Below, piece after piece: positions 56,679 through 64,000 of a DNA stretch of 64,000 nucleotides. The notes under the pieces were generated by a model. That model was not told the origin of the DNA, made no database searches, and saw only the letters and a program-made list of their open reading frames with translations. Position 1 is the first letter of the stretch; each line of letters opens with the position of its first letter. The stretch spans positions 528 through 64,527 of the forward strand of contig JACKFI010000007.1 of assembly GCA_020632555.1 (NCBI GenBank), in the 5' to 3' direction. A program made the translations under genes and the position numbers. This DNA is from Candidatus Omnitrophota bacterium (GTDB lineage Bacteria; Omnitrophota; Gorgyraeia; Zapsychrales; JANLHA01).

Positions 56679-57443
56679 ATGCGAAAAATTATTATTGCTG
56701 GAAATTGGAAAATGTATAAAACCTCGGTTGAGGCTGTTGAATTGGTGACCGAGTTAAAAAGAACTTTAGGCGATATGAATGATGTGGATGTTGTGGTTTG
56801 CCCGCCGGCGACGGCTTTGGCTGAAGTGAAAGATGTTCTCAATGAATGCAGCATTGGTTTGGGTGCTCAAAATATGTATTGGGATGATTTTGGCGCGTTT
56901 ACCGGTGAAGTTTCTGCTCCGATGATCAAGGCGATTGGTGTTGAATATATTATTATCGGGCACAGCGAGCGCCGCCAATTCTTTGGTGAAACAGACGCCA
57001 CGGTTAATAAAAAAATCAAAGCCGCGTTAAAGCATCAATTAATTCCGATTGTGTGTATTGGTGAAGTTTTGGCAGAGCGCGAATCGGGCAAAACTTTTGA
57101 TGTGATTAAAACTCAATTGGAAGGTTCATTGGTGAATTTGACTGCTGCTGAAACAGAAAATTTGATTTTAGCGTACGAACCGGTGTGGGCAATTGGTACT
57201 GGCAAGACCGCAACACCAGACCAAGCGCAAGAAGTGCATAAATTTATTAGAGAATGGTTGACAAAGAAATTTGATGCCGCTGTCGCCAATAAAGTTCGTA
57301 TTCAGTATGGCGGGAGTGTCAAACCTGAAAATACCGCGGAATTGATGGGGCAGCCTGACATTGACGGAGCTTTGGTCGGTGGCGCAAGTTTAAAAAGTGA
57401 TTCATTCGCCGCCATTGTCAAAAACTGTTTGGCACTTAAGTAA
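56679..57443 (+). CDS. tpiA: Triosephosphate isomerase
   Basis: IIAGNWKM, IIGHSERR, AYEPVWAIGTG, YGGSV. Confidence 0.95.
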   Translation: MRKIIIAGNWKMYKTSVEAVELVTELKRTLGDMNDVDVVVCPPATALAEVKDVLNECSIGLGAQNMYWDDFGAFTGEVSAPMIKAIGVEYIIIGHSERRQFFGETDATVNKKIKAALKHQLIPIVCIGEVLAERESGKTFDVIKTQLEGSLVNLTAAETENLILAYEPVWAIGTGKTATPDQAQEVHKFIREWLTKKFDAAVANKVRIQYGGSVKPENTAELMGQPDIDGALVGGASLKSDSFAAIVKNCLALK

Positions 57444-57462
57444 TCGATTAGAAAGGGAAAAC

Positions 57463-57885
57463 ATGACATTTATTTTAATTATTCATTCATTGGTGTGCGT
57501 TCTTTTGGTGACGGCGATTTTGATGCAGTCCGGGCGAGGGGGAGGCTTAACCGATAGTTTTGCCGCGGCGGAAAATATGTTTGGAACCAAAACCAATGAG
57601 TTTATGGTTCGTGCGACCAGTATCCTGGCTGTTATTTTTGTTTTGACCAGTTTGACCTTGGCGCATCTGTATGCTCGTCGAGATCAATCGTTAATGGAAC
57701 GTTTGATGGATAAAACAAAAAAGCCGGATATAGAGATTAATATTCCATTGGATGATAAAGATGCCAAAACGAATGCTAGTACCACTGTTCCAGCTGCCAA
57801 AGATCAGAAAACAATGGCAGAGCCAGTGGCAGCAACACCACCAACGGTTGATGTGACAGCAGCCCCAGATGTAAAGAAGCAGTAA
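57463..57885 (+). CDS. secG: Preprotein translocase subunit SecG with a long hydrophilic C-terminal tail
   Basis: ILMQSGRGGGL motif between two TM helices. Conserved pgk-tpiA-secG synteny. The track ORF (57397) was trimmed to the ATG at 57463. Confidence 0.8.
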   Translation: MTFILIIHSLVCVLLVTAILMQSGRGGGLTDSFAAAENMFGTKTNEFMVRATSILAVIFVLTSLTLAHLYARRDQSLMERLMDKTKKPDIEINIPLDDKDAKTNASTTVPAAKDQKTMAEPVAATPPTVDVTAAPDVKKQ

Positions 57886-57905
57886 AGAATCTGTTGCCTG
57901 ACCTT

Positions 57906-59624
57906 ATGGCTTATTTCTTTTCGAATTATCACTGTTTTCTTCGAAGTGTATTTATTGTGTTTTTCTTTCTTGTATCCGCTGTAGCGAGGGCTGATGTTCC
58001 TCGTTATGGCGGCAGTTTAATTCTCTCTTCAACATCTGATCCTAAATCTTTTAATGATATCACCGCTCAAGAAACGTCAACGCATACCGTAACGGGCAAT
58101 ATTTTTGAAGGTTTAACTCGACTGAATGCGATAACTCTCAAAGTTGAACCAGCCTTAGCTCAGAGTTGGGAAGTTAGCGAAGATGGACGTGCGTGGACAT
58201 TTCATTTGCGTCCCAAAGTTGTTTGGAACGACGGCTTGCCGTTTAGCGCGGATGATGTTGTTTTTACGTTTAATGATTTGATCTATAATGAAGACATTGT
58301 TTCTTCCGCCCGTGATATCTTCAAGATTGGTGATGAAATTTTTAAAGTTGAGAAAGTAGATGATTTAACTGTTCGTTTTACACTGCCGGTTAAATTTGCT
58401 CCTTTTTTGCAGAGCATGAGTCAATCGATTTTGCCCAAGCATAAATTAGCTAAGGCGGTTGCCGAAAAGAAATTCAATTTCACCTGGGGAATTGATACAC
58501 CGCCGGCTGAGATTGTCGGTACCGGTCCCTTTAAATTGGAGTCGTATCGGCCGGGCGAACGGTTTGTTCTGGTGCGTAATCCTTTGTATTGGAAAAAGTC
58601 TGCCAATGGCGATGCTTTGCCGTATTTGGACCGCATTATTTATTTGATTGTTCAGAATCAAGATACCGCAATGCTTAAGTTTCTTGACGGAGAAGTGGAT
58701 TTGATTTCTTTGCGTGGTTTCGAGTATCCGATGATCAAACCGTTAGAGGCTAAGAAAAATTTTACTGTGTATGATTCAGGGCCGGATTTTGGCAGCAGTT
58801 TTTTTGTCTTTAATCAGAATACAAGCCGTAACCCTAAAACACAAAAGCCTTTTGTTGATCCGGTTAAATCGAAATGGTTCTTGGATATCAATTTCCGCCG
58901 AGCCATAGCGCATGCCATTGATAAAACCAAAATGATTGAGATCTTGATGAATGGGTTGGGATATCCGCAAAACTCGGATATGAGTGAAAGTGCCGGTTTT
59001 TTCTACAATCCGAATGTCGAGATTTATGAATATGATTTGAGCAAAGCCAAAAGGATTTTGTCGGATGCCGGGTATCGTGATCGTGATGGAGACGGTGTTA
59101 TTGAAGATTCAAGCGGCCATCCAATAGAATTCAATCTTTTTACGAATTCCGGAAACGTTGAGCGCGTTCAAATTGCCAGTATTATTCGTCATGATTTGCA
59201 GTCTTTGGGAATGAAAGTTAATTTTCTTTCCTTAGAATTTAATACTTTAGTAACCAAACTTAACGCGACTTTTGATTGGGACGCGATTGTGCTGGGATTG
59301 ACGGGTGGCATTGAGCCGCATTTTGGTAAAAATGTTTGGCACTCGACGGGAGGATTGCATTTGTGGTATCCGCAACAAAAAACGCCGGCTACGGCCTGGG
59401 AAAAGCGGGTGGACGAGATTTTTGACCAAGGGGTTCAGGAATTAGACGAGAATAAGCGTAAAACTCTTTATGATGAATTTCAGGTGATTATTTCGCGTCA
59501 GCTGCCGTTGATTTATACGGTGCTCAATAGCAATTTGTACGCTGTTCGTAATAAATTTGGCAATTTGCATCCGACCAGTTTTGGCGGCGCGTTTCATAAT
59601 ATTGAAGAGATTTACATTAAGTAG
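57906..59624 (+). CDS. ABC transporter substrate-binding protein, family 5 (peptide/nickel, OppA/DppA-like)
   Basis: Signal-like N-terminus, GGSLILSSTSDPKSFN, WNDG..F.ADDV, GTGPFKL. TTG at 57894 is an alternative start. Confidence 0.85.
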   Translation: MAYFFSNYHCFLRSVFIVFFFLVSAVARADVPRYGGSLILSSTSDPKSFNDITAQETSTHTVTGNIFEGLTRLNAITLKVEPALAQSWEVSEDGRAWTFHLRPKVVWNDGLPFSADDVVFTFNDLIYNEDIVSSARDIFKIGDEIFKVEKVDDLTVRFTLPVKFAPFLQSMSQSILPKHKLAKAVAEKKFNFTWGIDTPPAEIVGTGPFKLESYRPGERFVLVRNPLYWKKSANGDALPYLDRIIYLIVQNQDTAMLKFLDGEVDLISLRGFEYPMIKPLEAKKNFTVYDSGPDFGSSFFVFNQNTSRNPKTQKPFVDPVKSKWFLDINFRRAIAHAIDKTKMIEILMNGLGYPQNSDMSESAGFFYNPNVEIYEYDLSKAKRILSDAGYRDRDGDGVIEDSSGHPIEFNLFTNSGNVERVQIASIIRHDLQSLGMKVNFLSLEFNTLVTKLNATFDWDAIVLGLTGGIEPHFGKNVWHSTGGLHLWYPQQKTPATAWEKRVDEIFDQGVQELDENKRKTLYDEFQVIISRQLPLIYTVLNSNLYAVRNKFGNLHPTSFGGAFHNIEEIYIK

Positions 59625-59667
59625 AAACTGTTTCTTTTAACTGTGGGTCAGCAGAAAGCACGGAGAC

Positions 59668-60633
59668 ATGTTGCGCTACATTCTAAAACGCTTAATAACG
59701 ACTTTACCGCTTTTGTTGGGTATGTCATTGATTCTTTTTGCTTTGATGAAAATGACTCCCGGGAATTATTTTGACAGCTTAAAACTCAATCCGCAAATCT
59801 CACCCGAGACCATTGATCGTTACATCAAGTTGTATCAATTGGATAAGCCGCTTTTGGTGCAATATTTTTCGTGGCTTACCAATATTTTGCACTTGGAGTT
59901 TGGGTATTCGTTTTTTTATAATATTCCCGTCGCTAATGTTATCGGCGGACGGATTTGGAATACCTTTATTTTGTCTTTCGTTAGTTTGATTTTAACGTGG
60001 GGTGTTGCGATTCCGCTGGGTATTTGTGCCGCGATTTATCGCAATAAATTTGCTGACCGCTTGATTCAATTTTTGTCGTATGTGGCTTTGTCTAGTCCCA
60101 GTTTTTTTATTGCTATGTTGCTTTTGTATTTTGTTAGTCAAAGTGGCTTTTTGCCTTTGGGGGGGATGCACAGTGCTAATTATGAAGAATTCAATTGGAT
60201 CGGTCGATTTTTTGATGTTTTGCGGCATGTCGCGATTCCGGCGATTGCGCTGTCTATTGCTTCGATTGGTGCTTTGCAGAGAATTATGCGCGGCAATATG
60301 TTGGAAGTTCTCGGCCAACAATATATTTTAACCGCACGCGCGAAAGGTTTGCCGGAGCAACGGGTGATTTATGTGCATGCTTTGCGCAATGCAATCAATC
60401 CTTTGATTACACTGTTGGGGTATGAATTCTCTGGACTTCTCAGCGGCGCTGCGCTTTTGGAAATCATTTGCAGCTGGCCAGGGTTGGGAGCTTTGATGTT
60501 GACTGCGGTGCAATCCAAAGATATTTATTTGGTTATGGCCACTTCTTTGATGGGCAGTGTTTTGTTGATTATGGGTAATCTTCTGGCAGATATTTTATTG
60601 GTCCGACTTGATCCGAGGATTCGTTATGAATAA
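59668..60633 (+). CDS. ABC transporter permease (OppB/DppB-like)
   Basis: MLRYILKRLITTLPLL start; EAA-loop region YILTARAKGLPEQRVIYVHALRNA. Confidence 0.9.
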   Translation: MLRYILKRLITTLPLLLGMSLILFALMKMTPGNYFDSLKLNPQISPETIDRYIKLYQLDKPLLVQYFSWLTNILHLEFGYSFFYNIPVANVIGGRIWNTFILSFVSLILTWGVAIPLGICAAIYRNKFADRLIQFLSYVALSSPSFFIAMLLLYFVSQSGFLPLGGMHSANYEEFNWIGRFFDVLRHVAIPAIALSIASIGALQRIMRGNMLEVLGQQYILTARAKGLPEQRVIYVHALRNAINPLITLLGYEFSGLLSGAALLEIICSWPGLGALMLTAVQSKDIYLVMATSLMGSVLLIMGNLLADILLVRLDPRIRYE

Positions 60634-61711
60634 ATCTGCTCTTGGCTTAAGTCAATGGGAACGTGCGTTGACACAGTTTTGTGCTAATCGTTTTGCGGTT
60701 GTATGCCTGATTATTTTGGCGCTGATTCATGGCGCGGCAATTTTTGCTGATTTTTTAGCGCCTTATTCATTTAGTAATGAGGATCGGACGTTTTCATACG
60801 CTCCGCCCAGCAAAATTCATTTTATTGACGAGAACGGTCAGTGGCGTGCACCTTTTATTTATGGGCGCAAGATCACATTTGATCAATATCATAAACGGGA
60901 ATATCTTGATCAAGTTGAACAAAAGTATTCTTTGCGGTTTTTTGTAAAAGGTGACGCGTATAAGATTCTGTGGATGGTGCCGTGTTCTTGGCATTTGTTT
61001 GGCGTTAAAGAGGGGGGGCGGATTTATTTGTGCGGCGCGGATTCGCGGGGACGAGATTTATTCTCACGGCTTTTGCATGGTGCCCGAATTTCTTTGTCTA
61101 TTGGCATCGTTGGTGTTTTAATTTCATTCTCGATTGGCTTGTTGGTTGGCGGAATTGCTGGTTATTATGGGGGAAAAGTTGATGATATCCTGATGCGTGT
61201 TTGTGAAATGTTTATGTTGTTTCCTGGGTTTTATTTATTGCTGGCTTTGCGCGCGGTTGTGCCGGCGAGTTTTACGTCGGTGCAAGTGTATGTTTCAATT
61301 ATTATTATTTTGTCTTTTATTGGTTGGGCGAGTTTGGCACGGGTTATTCGCGGCATGTGTCTTTCCTTAAAAGAACGAGAATATGTTTTAGCGGCTAAGA
61401 CGATGGGCTTGTCGGATTTGACAATTATTATTCGTCATATTTTGCCGCATACTTTGTCGTATTCATTGATTGCGGTGATGTTGTCGATTCCGGGTTATAT
61501 TCTTGCTGAGTCGTCTTTGAGTTTGATTGGTTTGGGGATTCAGGATCCGTATGCCAGTTGGGGTAATCTTTTGTCGGAAGCGATGGGTATTGTTAAAATC
61601 AAATTTGCCCCATGGATCCTTTTGCCGGGGTTCTTTATTTTGGTAACGGTCATGTGTTTTAATATCGTCGGAGATGCTTTGCGGGATGCACTGGATCCAA
61701 AATCGTCATAG
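60626..61711 (+). CDS. ABC transporter permease (OppC/DppC-like) with an extended periplasmic loop
   Basis: GADSRGRDLFSRLLHGARISL, YVLAAKTMGLSDLTIIIRHILP. ATG at 60626 overlaps the upstream stop. Confidence 0.9.
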   Translation: MNKSALGLSQWERALTQFCANRFAVVCLIILALIHGAAIFADFLAPYSFSNEDRTFSYAPPSKIHFIDENGQWRAPFIYGRKITFDQYHKREYLDQVEQKYSLRFFVKGDAYKILWMVPCSWHLFGVKEGGRIYLCGADSRGRDLFSRLLHGARISLSIGIVGVLISFSIGLLVGGIAGYYGGKVDDILMRVCEMFMLFPGFYLLLALRAVVPASFTSVQVYVSIIIILSFIGWASLARVIRGMCLSLKEREYVLAAKTMGLSDLTIIIRHILPHTLSYSLIAVMLSIPGYILAESSLSLIGLGIQDPYASWGNLLSEAMGIVKIKFAPWILLPGFFILVTVMCFNIVGDALRDALDPKSS

Positions 61712-61723
61712 GGAGGGAGTATA

Positions 61724-62266
61724 GTGAAATTATTAAGGGTACAAATCGTTGTCTTGTTGTTTGCGTTGGCAGTTCTTTTGTTAAATCAATCAAGTCTTTT
61801 TGCTGAATCAATGGATTTAATCAAAGACGAAAAAGTTGTGGCTGGTGCTATTGCGACTTTTGAGGAAAGTTATTCAGAGGATGTTAACAAAAGGCTTTTT
61901 CGAGCTACGGTGATTATCAATCAAGCTTTGATTGGACTTTCTTGTGATGAATTGACGGAAGAACGGTTTAACGCTTTTACCAGCAGAATTCATCTGTTGA
62001 TTGATGAAAAATTAACAGGCTCAGATTTTGTTTTTCGATTTGAAGAGGTTTCTGCTGGACAAGAATTACACATTGTTGGCAAGACGGTTGATGCTGCTGA
62101 GAAAGCCGCGATGCATTTTCTGAAAGAGTCTTTAAAATTAACCCCAGAAGAGGTGCAAGCTTTAACGACTTATGTAGATCAGGTGATGAAGATGCAAGAT
62201 CAGCAAGCGCAAATCACTGCGATGGCGCCGGTTTTTCAAAAAGTTGAGAATTTAAAATATGAGTGA
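61724..62266 (+). CDS. Hypothetical secreted protein
   Basis: GTG start with GGGAGGGAG RBS. Signal-peptide-like MKLLRVQIVVLLFALAVLLLNQSSLFA. No recognisable domain. Confidence 0.5.
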   Translation: MKLLRVQIVVLLFALAVLLLNQSSLFAESMDLIKDEKVVAGAIATFEESYSEDVNKRLFRATVIINQALIGLSCDELTEERFNAFTSRIHLLIDEKLTGSDFVFRFEEVSAGQELHIVGKTVDAAEKAAMHFLKESLKLTPEEVQALTTYVDQVMKMQDQQAQITAMAPVFQKVENLKYE

Positions 62267-62509
62267 TATTTTTGTCTTAACAAAGAAAATTAGATAATTT
62301 CGTGATCAAAGGGATTAGCTGCAATTTTATAATCATAAGGATGTAGCTTTGTCTTTGGTTTTAGAAGCGGCTGAGGTTTTGGAACATTTTCAGTGGAAGT
62401 CGCCAGAAGAAGTTATGCTGTCCGGAAAAACCAATTTTTGTGCGCAACATATCGTCACACACTGTGGTGTAATGCAAAATTTGGGATAAATTGTGATGGG
62501 ACGATATGA
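62259..62509 (+). pseudogene. Decayed MazG/DCTPP1-like nucleotide pyrophosphohydrolase gene with two in-frame stops and a probable frameshift
   Basis: Reading from the ATG at 62259 gives MSDIFVLTKKIR*FRDQRD*LQFYNHKDVALSLVLEAAEVLEHFQWKSPEEV. This matches the conserved IREFxxERDWxQFHxPKNLxxALxxExxELxExFQWK pattern, with TAA at 62295-62297 where Glu is expected and TAG at 62316-62318 where Trp is expected. The C-terminal half diverges; a GI(N/D)-containing stretch appears in the +1 frame. Confidence 0.6.
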
Positions 62510-62739
62510 ATGAATCGCGTAATTTTGGTGAACAACCGCTGGCTGCTTTGATGACACGTTTAGGTGTAACTGCTGCCATGCTGGTTGCGGGATCAGCGAA
62601 TCAATTGACGTTTAAAATGATTGCCAAAGGGTGCAAGGGTCGCAAACTTACTGCTAAGGCGCAATATAAAATTTTAGCTGCTTTGCATGCTCTGCGGCCA
62701 CAGGAAGTTTTAACGCTTAAAGACCTTTTTAATTATTAG
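62506..62739 (+). CDS. Small hypothetical protein (77 aa)
   Basis: ORF with an ATG start between the pseudogene and the ATPase gene. No motif recognised. Confidence 0.35.
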   Translation: MNESRNFGEQPLAALMTRLGVTAAMLVAGSANQLTFKMIAKGCKGRKLTAKAQYKILAALHALRPQEVLTLKDLFNY

Positions 62740-62754
62740 AATGCAGAAGGATTT

Positions 62755-63546
62755 GTGATTTTGATGATGTTAATGCAAATAAAGAATTTATCAGTGACAG
62801 TTAATGCAAAAGCTGGCGGCAAAAAGATTCTCGATGATGTCTCTTTACAAATTTCGCAGCGGTCTATTTTTGCTTTGGTGGGTGGTTCTGGTAGCGGCAA
62901 GAGTACAACCGGCCTTTCGATTTTGCGGCTTTTGGATCCGGGTTTAACGATTTCAAGCGGCGAAGTTCTTTTTTCAGGACGGGATATACTAAAACTTCCG
63001 CCTGAGCAGTTGCGGCAGGTTCGCGGCAAGGACATTGCGATGGTTTTTCAAGAGCCTTTATACGCTTTTAATCCTGTTCTGCCAATTGGCCGACAGATTG
63101 AAGAAGTTTTTTTAAGTCATACGGATTTTTCTCCACAGAAAAGAACCGCTGAAACTTTGAGGCTTTTGGATATTGTCGGAATTAAAGAGCCGCGGCGAGT
63201 TTATAAAAGTTACGCTCATCAGTTAAGTGGTGGCATGCGTCAGCGGGCGATGATTGCTCAGGCGGTGGCTTTAAAACCAAAATTGATTATTGCCGATGAG
63301 CCGACCAGCAGTTTAGACGTTACTTTGCAGGCGCGGATTATTGAACTTTTTATGAAATTGCGGGATGACTTGAATTTATCAGTTCTTTTAATTACGCATG
63401 ATTTGGGCATTGTTGAACACATGGCGGATACAGTGGCCGTGATGAATGGCGGGCAAATTATTGAAACAGGAGCGGTGACCCAAGTTCTTAAGAATCCTCA
63501 ACATTCTTATACACAGGAATTATTGACTTATGCTGGTCGAACTTAA
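62755..63546 (+). CDS. ABC transporter ATP-binding protein (OppD/DppD-like)
   Basis: Walker A GGSGSGKST, signature LSGGMRQRAMIA, Walker B IIADEPTSSLD. True start uncertain (GTG 62755, ATG 62764/62767/62773). Confidence 0.9.
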   Translation: MILMMLMQIKNLSVTVNAKAGGKKILDDVSLQISQRSIFALVGGSGSGKSTTGLSILRLLDPGLTISSGEVLFSGRDILKLPPEQLRQVRGKDIAMVFQEPLYAFNPVLPIGRQIEEVFLSHTDFSPQKRTAETLRLLDIVGIKEPRRVYKSYAHQLSGGMRQRAMIAQAVALKPKLIIADEPTSSLDVTLQARIIELFMKLRDDLNLSVLLITHDLGIVEHMADTVAVMNGGQIIETGAVTQVLKNPQHSYTQELLTYAGRT

Positions 63547-64000
63547 GAATATAAAAAAATATTTTCCTCTGCCTAAAAAGATTCTGGCCGCGCGGCCAGA
63601 ATTCGTCAAAGCTGTCAATGGGGTAGACCTTATTATTGAGGAAGGGGAGAATTTGGGTTTAGTCGGTGAATCCGGCTCTGGCAAGACGACTTTGGGCCGT
63701 ATTATTTTGAAGTTGTATCAGCCGGATGCGGGTTCATTTGCTTTTGATGGAAAAGATTGGACAAATCTTTCGGCGTCTGTCTTGCGATCATTACGAAAGA
63801 ATGTTCAAGTTGTTTTTCAGGACCCTTATAACAGCCTAGATCCTCGGTATAGCGTAGACGGTATTTTGAGAGAAGCTTTGCAAGCGCAGACAGCTGATCA
63901 GAAAATAACCAAGGCCGCACAACAAGAACGGATGATTGAGATTTTGCAAGCTGTTGGTTTGGGTGCTGACGCTTTGAACCGTTTTCCACATGAATTTAGC
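63540..64000 (+). CDS. ABC transporter ATP-binding protein (OppF/DppF-like), 5' part running off the window
   Basis: My own translation from the ATG at 63540: MLVELKNIKKYFPLPKK...GLVGESGSGKTTLGR...VQVVFQDPYNSLDPR. The frame is open to the window end and is not in the supplied ORF track because it has no stop. Confidence 0.85.

Noticed and set aside
62295-62318. Possibility that the in-frame TAA/TAG in the MazG-like region indicate an alternative genetic code or programmed readthrough
   Set aside because: TAA, TAG and TGA all terminate well-supported genes in this same window (for example TAG at 608-610, TGA at 1830-1832, and many TAA). The region also loses similarity downstream, so decay is the simpler explanation.

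Overview
AT-rich bacterial chromosome segment, judged by eye only; the taxon cannot be assigned from sequence alone. All convincing genes (about 60) lie on the + strand, tightly packed and often with ATGA or other overlapping stop/start junctions. I recognised no rRNA, tRNA, CRISPR array, transposase or integrase. About 55 kb (1-55351) is a large surface-glycan locus made of several modules. (i) PseB-type UDP-GlcNAc 4,6-dehydratase, SGNH hydrolase, RmlD-like reductase and UppP. (ii) An unusual SIS isomerase / transaldolase / HpcH aldolase / HAD phosphatase / KdsB-like cytidylyltransferase / 2-hydroxyacid dehydrogenase set. (iii) GT2, O-antigen-ligase-like protein and an MsbA-like ABC exporter. 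(iv) A near-complete legionaminic-acid-type nonulosonic acid pathway (LegB/H/I/G/F/C-like, PtmE/F/A-like) plus a HisH/HisF/WbuX amidotransferase triad. (v) A polyprenyl-phosphate glycosylation module (LAB_N protein, GtrB/ArnC-like GT2, GT-C) containing three unassigned large proteins. (vi) RmlB, short RmlA and a reductase. (vii) GT4, GT26, initiating phosphoglycosyl transferase, Gmd, Fcl and a second O-antigen-ligase-like protein. Wedged between modules vi and vii is the most unusual element (42294-48501). It is a four-gene cassette encoding a membrane-anchored coiled-coil protein with an HPD-less J-like N-terminus, an 834-aa atypical Hsp70 paralogue, a soluble Hanks-type Ser/Thr kinase, and a stand-alone FHA protein whose start overlaps the kinase stop. 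I flag this cassette as the best candidate for an undescribed system. The right end is housekeeping: pgk-tpiA-secG and an Opp/Dpp-type peptide ABC transporter operon. That operon is interrupted by a secreted hypothetical protein, a decayed MazG/DCTPP1-like pseudogene with in-frame TAA and TAG, and a small ORF. Other sequence-level oddities are a perfect 24-bp palindrome whose half-sites equal the symmetric lac operator half-site (8958-8981) and several near-consensus sigma70-type promoters. All functional calls rest on motif recognition by eye; no database search was run.
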